A stretch of 64,000 nucleotides of DNA from an uncultured Nitrososphaeraceae archaeon (GTDB lineage Archaea; Thermoproteota; Nitrososphaeria; Nitrososphaerales; Nitrososphaeraceae), in NCBI GenBank assembly GCA_963838615.1, contig CAWISD010000061.1, positions 675 to 64,674 of the forward strand, in the 5' to 3' direction. Both the position numbers and the translations under genes were made by a program. Numbering within the stretch: position 1 is the stretch's first letter; every line of letters starts with the position of its first letter. The notes beneath the pieces were generated by a model. That model was not told the origin of the DNA, searched no databases, and was given only the letters and a program-made list of their open reading frames with translations. Of this stretch, positions 56,993 to 64,000 are shown one piece after another.

Positions 56993-58219
56993 TTATCGCA
57001 TTAGCCATGGAACAACAAATGCTAATGCAACAATAATAATAGTTCCATAAGTAAGCATCTTGGATGCATGGCGAAGAATACCTTTTTTGCCTTCAGTTTT
57101 CTTGTCAATTATTGTACTGTATAATTGACCACCATCTAATGGTCCTATGGGTAGAGCATTAAAAATGGCTACATTGAAATTGATGAACCATATCCAAAAC
57201 AACAAGTTTGCTGGTTCTGCAAAATTAGTCCCAAAAATAGGCGATGAATATTTTTCTTGCAATAAACTAGAATATGGTACACTACCCTGTGCTATTGTAG
57301 GTGGTGCCAATAATGCAAGTGGATTTGAAGCAAATAGAGAATTATAAGTATTTAAGACTTTTTTTGGATCAGAAATCTCTGTGATGGTTACACCCAAAAT
57401 TCCTTTACCTGGTATTCTCTCTTTTGGTAAAGTGGCCTGTTTAGTAATTTTTTCTCCTTTATCGTTTAACCATGTAATTGAAATGGTTTTTCCAAGATTC
57501 GAACTTAAATTTCCATTTAATTCATTAATAGTTTTCATATTTTTATTTTGTATTTGTTGAATAATTGAGCCTTTTGTTAATCCCAAAGATTCTGCGAATG
57601 ACTTTTGACTGATGCCTGTTATTGATATTCCGAAAATATTTGGATTTGAAGGTTGAGTTACAGTTAAACTAGAAGTTATTATAAAAATACAAAGCAGTGA
57701 TACTATTCCTAAAATTATATTACTCATAGGCCCCGCAGTCATAATAGAACTTTTTTGTTTTATTGATATTTTTTCCATTTCTTCTCTTTCAATATTTACA
57801 AAAGCACCAATTGGCAAGATAAACAATAACACAATGCCAGTAGATTCCACTTTTACGCCATGAACTCGTGCAACTATTCCATGGCCTGCTTCATGAATGA
57901 TTATTGTTATAACCAAAGCTATCCACCCATCAGCAATTGGAAGATATGGATTCAAGCCAGGTATTAATAAATTAGATTGAGGACCTATGCCTCTTACACC
58001 CTCTCGGGCAATGGAACTTGAAAAAAGAGCAACAATACCTCCAATTATTAAAAATAAAGCTAATGCTGTTATGATGGGCATTAAATAAGTAGTAAATCGG
58101 GCATAAAATTTTGCTGCTTTGGTCTGAGCAATTTTATCAAAAAATTTTAAACCATATGGAGTATGAATTAATATTAATGGTAGTTTTACATCAAATTTTA
58201 TTTTTGATTGTTGTTGCAA
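56993..58219 (-). CDS. Site-2 protease (M50) with PDZ-like insert
   Basis: IIHEAGH, AGPMSN, FNALPIGPLDGG; multiple TM helices. Confidence 0.93.
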   Translation of the reverse strand: MQQQSKIKFDVKLPLILIHTPYGLKFFDKIAQTKAAKFYARFTTYLMPIITALALFLIIGGIVALFSSSIAREGVRGIGPQSNLLIPGLNPYLPIADGWIALVITIIIHEAGHGIVARVHGVKVESTGIVLLFILPIGAFVNIEREEMEKISIKQKSSIMTAGPMSNIILGIVSLLCIFIITSSLTVTQPSNPNIFGISITGISQKSFAESLGLTKGSIIQQIQNKNMKTINELNGNLSSNLGKTISITWLNDKGEKITKQATLPKERIPGKGILGVTITEISDPKKVLNTYNSLFASNPLALLAPPTIAQGSVPYSSLLQEKYSSPIFGTNFAEPANLLFWIWFINFNVAIFNALPIGPLDGGQLYSTIIDKKTEGKKGILRHASKMLTYGTIIIVALAFVVPWLMR

Positions 58220-58489
58220 TTAAATAATATGAATTTAAATTCTATTTAAATTGATCACAATTTGACCTTTATTTTGTAATTTCCAAAAACTACATTTTTT
58301 GTAAAAATCGTTTATTGCTAATTTATCTATAAAATCCTAATTTTCAAATCGAACTGACGAATCTTATTAATTTGTATTTAATATATATTTATTTAAAAAA
58401 ATTAAGATACTACTTTTACTTAAGGGTGAGAAAACTCAAATATCATAACTGTTAAATATGCTTCCTAATTCCATTTTTTTTGAATATTA

Positions 58490-58882
58490 TTGAGTAAACC
58501 CATGGATCTAGGTAGTTTGAAAGTTGGATCTTATATTATTATTGATGGAGAACCTTGTAGAATTGTATCATACGATCACAGTAAACCGGGTAAACATGGT
58601 TCAGCAAAAGCTAGAGTAGCTGCTATTGGTGTATTTGATGGTTCAAGGCATAGTCTGGTTTCTCCAGTCTCTGCAAATGTAGATGTTCCACTTATCAATA
58701 AAAAAAATGGTCAAATAATTTCTTTATCAGGTCAAACTCTGCAAATTATGGATTTGGAATCTTTTGAAGTGTTTGAAACTTCTGCCGTAGAAGATGAAAT
58801 TCGGGATAAAATTACTCAAGGTGGAGAAGTGGAATATTGGAAAGTGCTTGATAGAATTAAAATAGTTCGAGTCAAGGGATAA
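58490..58882 (+). CDS. eif5a: Translation factor aIF5A
   Basis: Hypusine motif SKPGKHGSAK. Confidence 0.97.
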   Translation: MSKPMDLGSLKVGSYIIIDGEPCRIVSYDHSKPGKHGSAKARVAAIGVFDGSRHSLVSPVSANVDVPLINKKNGQIISLSGQTLQIMDLESFEVFETSAVEDEIRDKITQGGEVEYWKVLDRIKIVRVKG

Positions 58883-59155
58883 CAATGGCTTTTGTTTTTT
58901 TAATTAGTTATATAATAAATTGTAATTTTAATTAATTTAATTTTGTTTGAAAGTTAGAATTTAATTCGAACGAATTAATCATTAATTTTAAAAATTCATC
59001 ATAATTAAGGAGCCTATAAAACTTTTGATTTTGCTTATTGTATTGGTAATTCAATACCTATGGCAAATAATTTACAGCTATAGAATTGTCTAAGGTTAAC
59101 AGATGAAGATATAAATATAGAACAATCCTCAAAAAAGAAAAATAGAATGAAAAGT

Positions 59156-60436
59156 CTATTTTCCAAGTGTTACAAACATAATGACGGATGCAATAGCCAT
59201 GATAAGAAAAGTTAGCCAACCTATAATATTTGCAAGGCGTCCATTTGTCTTTTCCTTAAGGATCTCTTTATCATTGGCTATTTTCATAATTACAAAAATA
59301 ATAGGTACCGATACAACCCCATTAATTACTGAAGCATATACTAGTGCTTTAATTGGATTTATGCCAAGAAAGTTCATACCCAAACCGATAATGCTGCTAA
59401 TGACGATAATCAAATAAAATGCCTTTGCCTTCCCAAACTTTTTACTTAACCCTTGTTTCAATCTGAAGGTATCAGCAAATGCATAGGAAGTAGAACCAGC
59501 TAATATGGGTATAGACAAAAGACCAGTACCAATAATACCTATTGCGAAAATTGATTTTGAAATATATCCCGAGTTTGGGAAAGTCTTAACCATGGGTTCA
59601 AGAGATTTTGCTGCTTGGTCTGCACTCTGTATATCTATAACACCATGATTATGGAGGCTACCTGCAGTAGTAATAATTATTGTCCATGTGATCAGGTGTG
59701 CAAAACCTATACCGACTGCAGTATCCTTTACCATGGATTTTATTTCTTTTTTATTAATCAGAGGTTTTCCTTTATTAATTTCTTTTATCTTGCCTTCGGA
59801 TATTTCTTCTTCTGCTTCTTCAGAAGCTTGCCAAAAAAACAAATAAGGAGAAATGGTTGTTCCAAGAATAGCTACAAGCAACGTCGCAAAATCGCTAGTA
59901 AATTCAATATGAGGAACTATTGTAGCTATTAGAATTTGATACCAATTGCCTCCTACAATTATTGCAGTTACGATATAGGTTAAAAGAGAAAGAGTCAAAT
60001 ATTTTAATATTTTTACATATCTTTTATAGGGTATCAGAATAATTGCGGCTATGATAAAGATTGTAAAAAATATACTAAAAATATTTAAAGATACTTGAGG
60101 GAGCATAAGGCTAGCTGATGCAGCCATTGCACCAATATCAGCACCAATGTTTATTGTATTTGCAATAAGAAGTAGAGAAATAAGTGGTAAAACAATTTTT
60201 CTAGAATATTTTTTTTCAATAATTGTTGCAAGGCCACTGCCTGTTAAAAGTCCTATTCTAGCACATATTTCTTGAATTACCGTTATTGAAGGATATAGAA
60301 ATATTACTGTCCATAGCATCCCAAGTCCAAATTTTGCTCCAGCCTGAGCAAACGTTGCAATACTTGAAGGATCGTCATCAGCTGCGCCAGTAATTATACC
60401 TGGTCCAAGAGATTTTAGAAAGGATCTTAGTGACAA
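59156..60436 (-). CDS. Nramp-family divalent metal transporter
   Basis: LGPGIITGAADDDPSSIAT, GTTISPYLFFWQ, ~11 TM helices. Confidence 0.9.
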   Translation of the reverse strand: MSLRSFLKSLGPGIITGAADDDPSSIATFAQAGAKFGLGMLWTVIFLYPSITVIQEICARIGLLTGSGLATIIEKKYSRKIVLPLISLLLIANTINIGADIGAMAASASLMLPQVSLNIFSIFFTIFIIAAIILIPYKRYVKILKYLTLSLLTYIVTAIIVGGNWYQILIATIVPHIEFTSDFATLLVAILGTTISPYLFFWQASEEAEEEISEGKIKEINKGKPLINKKEIKSMVKDTAVGIGFAHLITWTIIITTAGSLHNHGVIDIQSADQAAKSLEPMVKTFPNSGYISKSIFAIGIIGTGLLSIPILAGSTSYAFADTFRLKQGLSKKFGKAKAFYLIIVISSIIGLGMNFLGINPIKALVYASVINGVVSVPIIFVIMKIANDKEILKEKTNGRLANIIGWLTFLIMAIASVIMFVTLGK

Positions 60437-60568
60437 TTAAATTGCTTTTATAATTTTTTATTGTGTAAATAAATTTTCCTCTTTTACATCAAGGTCTTTT
60501 GAACGCAATTGCTTTTATAATTATTTTTACAATGAAAAAATACAATACAATACAATACAATAAATAAA

Positions 60569-60994
60569 TTAACTTTTTAAATATAAATAAAATGAGAATG
60601 TTGCTCCAATACCATCATCATTATTTTCGGCCCATATTTTTCCACCATGAGCTTCAATAATACTTTTGCAAATATATAACCCCAAACCAGTACCTTGAAA
60701 TGATTTTGTAGTAAATTTCTTAAAAAGATTTGGTAGGATTTCATTATCAATACCTGACCCTGTATCTTTTATTTTTACTAAGACTATTTCATTGATATTA
60801 TTACCATTTCTTTTTATATTTTCAATATCTATAAAAATTGTTCCTTCTTTTTTAATAAATTTTATAGAATTATTAATCAAGTTAGAAATTACTTGAGATA
60901 TTCTATTTTTATCAGCATACACTATAAGGGGATCTATACTCAATAACATTAATTCGTAGATTTCAACAAATACTTTTTGATTGATTTGTTGCAT
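60569..60994 (-). pseudogene. Truncated sensor histidine kinase (HATPase_c domain only)
   Basis: ADKNRISQVISNLINNSIKF, DTGSGID, GTGLGLYICK, HGG. There is no HisKA or sensor part, and the ATG lies inside the MITE. Confidence 0.8.
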
Positions 60995-61120
60995 GATTCG
61001 AAAAACAGTTAAAAATACATCACTTTCTAGCCAATCAAATTAAATTATTACTATTTACAACCTGACATTAATACTAAACCGTTAACAAAAAATGATTTAA
61101 AATAATCGTGCAACAAAGCA
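60982..61120. mobile_element. 139-bp MITE, subfamily A
   Basis: TIRs TGATTTGTTGCATGATT / AATCGTGCAACAAAGCA; 9-bp TSD CTTTTTGAT at 60973-60981 and 61121-61129. Confidence 0.92.
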
Positions 61121-61214
61121 CTTTTTGATATCAAGGTTAAATCGCCTTGTTCTATAATATCGAGAAATCATGTGTCTAAGCGATTGAAAGTTCGGATAAT
61201 AATTTGATAATTAA

Positions 61215-62263
61215 TAGATCTCTTGCATAATTAGAAACAATCTATACCATCAAGTATGATACTTTTTAGTTTCTATCAACCTTGGTTCATTATCCTATAG
61301 TTTACCAGGCCTGTCACTATATCTGATATTCTATTATATTTTCTCAATTTGTTTCTAAATATATCGCTCATTATCCTGAACTTTTTCAATCTGCAGATAG
61401 TATGTTCCACCACTATCCTCTTTTTTGAATGAATTTTGTTGTACTCTTTTTCTTCTTGTGGCAACACTAGTTGGTTTCTCTTCTTTTTGCACGGTAAGGC
61501 GGATAGTTGCTCTGGGAAATCCTTTTCTACGCCAAGATATCCAAGATCAATCACATTAACAACCTGTTTGGGTGTTACAGGATGATTCTTTTTATAAAAA
61601 TCGTAATCATGCCTTCGTCCTTTCTCGTGGGCTGCTTTATGAATGATGTAACCACGATTGTTAACCATAATCTGATTCTTGACAGTATGCTTTTTCTTCT
61701 TACCGGAGTAATACATTTTTCTTCTTTCTTTATCGACAGGTCTTGGAATCGGCTGTTCTGTGGAATCTATAAAAGCAAGAAAGCCTGGAAAATATTTTTC
61801 AACCGCCTCTGGAGTTTTCAGCCTCTTTGTTATTGGGTATATCTTTTGTGGAATCGGTATACACTCTCTTACCAGTCCCTCAATCTTTTGAATGTCTCTA
61901 CAAATGTTGCTCTGATCCAGATCAAAGAGAAAGCCCGCTAGTGTGTAAGTGATGTAAAGACGATAATAGACTAAAATCATTACAAATCTATCTTTTAAAT
62001 TCAGCTTGAAATGTCTACCTGCACCATACTTTCTTTTTCTATTTTCTTTTCGTTTGTATGATAACCGCCTGATCTCATGTTTAACATATCTTTTTACTAT
62101 CTCTTTATTGTGAATATTATCAAATTCTTGCACTGTCAAACCGGTGAGCGATTTGAAAAGTAGTGGTTTTTTGGATAACTATAGTATGAAAGCAAAGAGA
62201 GAACAGGTTGATGAGGAACAAATGATCATAAAGCTGTTTGCAATTAATTGTGCAAGAGATCTA
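61215..62263 (-). mobile_element. IS5-family (ISL2-like) insertion sequence
   Basis: 19-bp IRs TAGATCTCTTGCATAATTA / TAATTGTGCAAGAGATCTA (1 mismatch, TA ends) enclose a transposase ORF. Confidence 0.92.
61276..62139 (-). CDS. Transposase (HTH_Tnp_4 + DDE_Tnp_4 type)
   Basis: LAGFLFDLDQSNICR, IDSTEQPIPRP, YYSGKKKKHTVK, HD, DLGYLG, RIVVEH.I..LK. Confidence 0.9.
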   Translation of the reverse strand: MTVQEFDNIHNKEIVKRYVKHEIRRLSYKRKENRKRKYGAGRHFKLNLKDRFVMILVYYRLYITYTLAGFLFDLDQSNICRDIQKIEGLVRECIPIPQKIYPITKRLKTPEAVEKYFPGFLAFIDSTEQPIPRPVDKERRKMYYSGKKKKHTVKNQIMVNNRGYIIHKAAHEKGRRHDYDFYKKNHPVTPKQVVNVIDLGYLGVEKDFPEQLSALPCKKKRNQLVLPQEEKEYNKIHSKKRIVVEHTICRLKKFRIMSDIFRNKLRKYNRISDIVTGLVNYRIMNQG

Positions 62264-62812
62264 TACAGAAACAAAAAAGTATAATTTAATAATTTTTATT
62301 GAAACCATCAATATGGAAAAATTTAATTTGGCTTAAATGAGTTGTATTCATATTCGAATTTAACTTGTGTAAAAAATATTTAAATTAATTCATTTTTGAT
62401 ATATTTGAAAAAGGGTTGAACAAATTAGAACCGAATAGACAAAACAATAAAGGATTCTGTGCCATCTAATAAATGTTACTATTATATATCAACAATAGTA
62501 ATCCTAGTTCTGAAAGTTTATTTTTACTATATTTAACATGTCATAGCATATAAAAATTTCATTATTATATTTTAAATCTTAAAAAAAAGAACTGTAAAAT
62601 AAAATGAATTTTACGTGAAAAAAAAGAAATGTATTAATAAAATAGATTAATTTTAATATAGAATATTTTAAAAAATACTGTTCTTTGGATTAAGCTATCC
62701 ACAAGATCTTGCTATGGAGTAAAAGAAATGATATTAATGATTATTCTATGTATGTTTTGGTTGCGACTATTAATTAGGTAAATGATGTGTGGGTATCAAT
62801 ATAGTTGTGGAT

Positions 62813-62952
62813 TGTTTTGTTGCATAACTATGAAATTCGTTTTCTCTTGACTAAATCTTTACAATAACAAAACGAATTATTGGTATCCGATCTCCGAAAC
62901 TTAGATTGGATTATTCATTCAGCTACGAAAAAATGAGTTATGCAACAAAGCA
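62813..62952. mobile_element. 140-bp MITE, subfamily B
   Basis: TIRs TGTTTTGTTGCATAAC / GTTATGCAACAAAGCA; 9-bp TSD GTTGTGGAT at 62804-62812 and 62953-62961. Confidence 0.93.
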
Positions 62953-63433
62953 GTTGTGGATAACAAAGTATCTTCTTTTTCTTTATTTGTTTTTCCTGCT
63001 GGAAGAGAGACTATTATCAGCCAGTTCCGTGTTTGGCCTTTTCCCTCTTCCATAATAATGACCTTCGGTGAACGGAACAGAAACCCGAGCCATCATTTTG
63101 CAGGTGATAATATAATCGAGTTTATTTATTTAAATAATTTACATATTTGAATCGGTTAAAAGAATCTGTCTCTTACACTAATGATATGCATTTGAATGTT
63201 TGAATACATCCTTCCATTAAAGATTAATTTAAAAGAGGGATTTTCTCATTCTATCGTCCAATTTTTTTGTATTCTTCTATGTGATAGCGTGATAATGCTA
63301 ACAAAAATTTATGCTCTAATTTTATTACATGTTAAGTAATTTGGTATGGAGATTCATTTTTATTCTATTACTTATATTATCGTTTTTGATAAAATAAAAA
63401 ACTCGCGTAGAATCGCCGATTAATGATATTGTG

Positions 63434-64000
63434 TCATAATAATACTGTCCCCCCATCCAGCACAATTGTATTACCTGTTGCAAAAGAAAAACTATTGTCT
63501 GCAATACATGCTGCAACTTTGGCCACTTCTTCGGGTTTACCCCATCGTTTCATTGAGGATTCTTGAGCAGCAGTATATCTTTCTTCTTGTGTCTTTGATT
63601 CAATCGTTGCCAAAGTTGCTATACTGCCAAGAGCCAAGGTATATGCTCTAATATTATTAATGGCATATTCTTTTGCAATGCATTTAGTCAAAGCTATGTT
63701 TGCAGCTTTTGTGATGTTGTATGGGGATCCCTCCGTATATCCTGCAATTGCAGGTGTTGAAGAAATGTTGATGATGACTCCTCCTTCGTTTTCTTTCTCG
63801 CAATCTGTAGTGGCGTTGTGCATCATAATGGGAATAACCGCTCTTGACAAACGTACAGATCCTTTCAAATCTACTTCAATAATCCTTTGGAGTTCTTCGA
63901 TTGTTCCCTCATGGAATTTCTTGTACCAAATATTTCTATCAAATTGATAGCCAGAGTTGTTTACTAAAATATCAATGCGGTTGTGATCAAATAATATTCT
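63434..64000 (-). CDS. Short-chain dehydrogenase/reductase (5' end outside the window)
   Basis: RIDILVNNSG, IINISS, PYNITK (YxxxK), RWGKPEEVA, TGNTIVLDGG. Confidence 0.92.
   Translation of the reverse strand, partial: RILFDHNRIDILVNNSGYQFDRNIWYKKFHEGTIEELQRIIEVDLKGSVRLSRAVIPIMMHNATTDCEKENEGGVIINISSTPAIAGYTEGSPYNITKAANIALTKCIAKEYAINNIRAYTLALGSIATLATIESKTQEERYTAAQESSMKRWGKPEEVAKVAACIADNSFSFATGNTIVLDGGTVLL

Noticed and set aside
60539..60562. (AATAC)4 microsatellite
   Set aside because: Short, intergenic and in AT-rich DNA, with no evidence of function.
62956..63150. GC-richer stretch considered as an ncRNA/riboswitch or the 64-aa ORF
   Set aside because: Only a 7-bp complementary pair (GTTCCGT/ACGGAAC) is evident and it matches no RNA family I recognise. 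It is more likely a decayed gene fragment next to the MITE; an Rfam/BLASTX search would settle it.
3917..63947. Many short ORFs overlapping assigned genes (e.g. 3917..4099, 13154..13429, 19711..20100, 59615..59932, 61507..61941, 63660..63947)
   Set aside because: They are antisense or alternate-frame shadows of well-supported genes.
1..64000. tRNA/rRNA genes
   Set aside because: No GC-rich cloverleaf or rRNA-like segment was recognised by eye; tRNAscan-SE would confirm.

Overview
This is an AT-rich archaeal chromosome segment. Gene content and style (class I LysRS, Elp3, eIF5A, archaeal aroA'/aroB', cofG/cofH, B12-binding mutase subunit, chorismate mutase-aminotransferase fusion) point to a soil ammonia-oxidising thaumarchaeon of the Ca. 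Nitrosocosmicus type; the taxon is an inference. Positions 1-19.3 kb are an accessory region with IS630/IS6/IS5 remnants, MITEs, secreted enzymes, F420-dependent oxidoreductases, VOC proteins, a serine hydrolase and a GC-richer M32 carboxypeptidase. Positions 19.5-59 kb are mostly housekeeping: a split shikimate pathway, tatC, nadE, gltA, purM, elp3-lysS, ilvC, cofGH-egtD, metG, cysS, a site-2 protease and eIF5A. Positions 59-64 kb are again mobile-element rich. Many genes, including essential ones, carry single-base frameshifts, most likely uncorrected sequencing indels. The best leads are: a frameshift-hidden secreted 4-Cys/4-His micropeptide; a ~31-bp direct repeat that brackets individual accessory genes in a cassette-like way; two tandem paralogous secreted proteins with conserved anchor motifs around independently expanded repeats, one a perfect 39-bp VNTR; and five 138-140-bp IS903-like MITEs, three with exact 9-bp target duplications. 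No tRNA, rRNA or CRISPR array was recognised.
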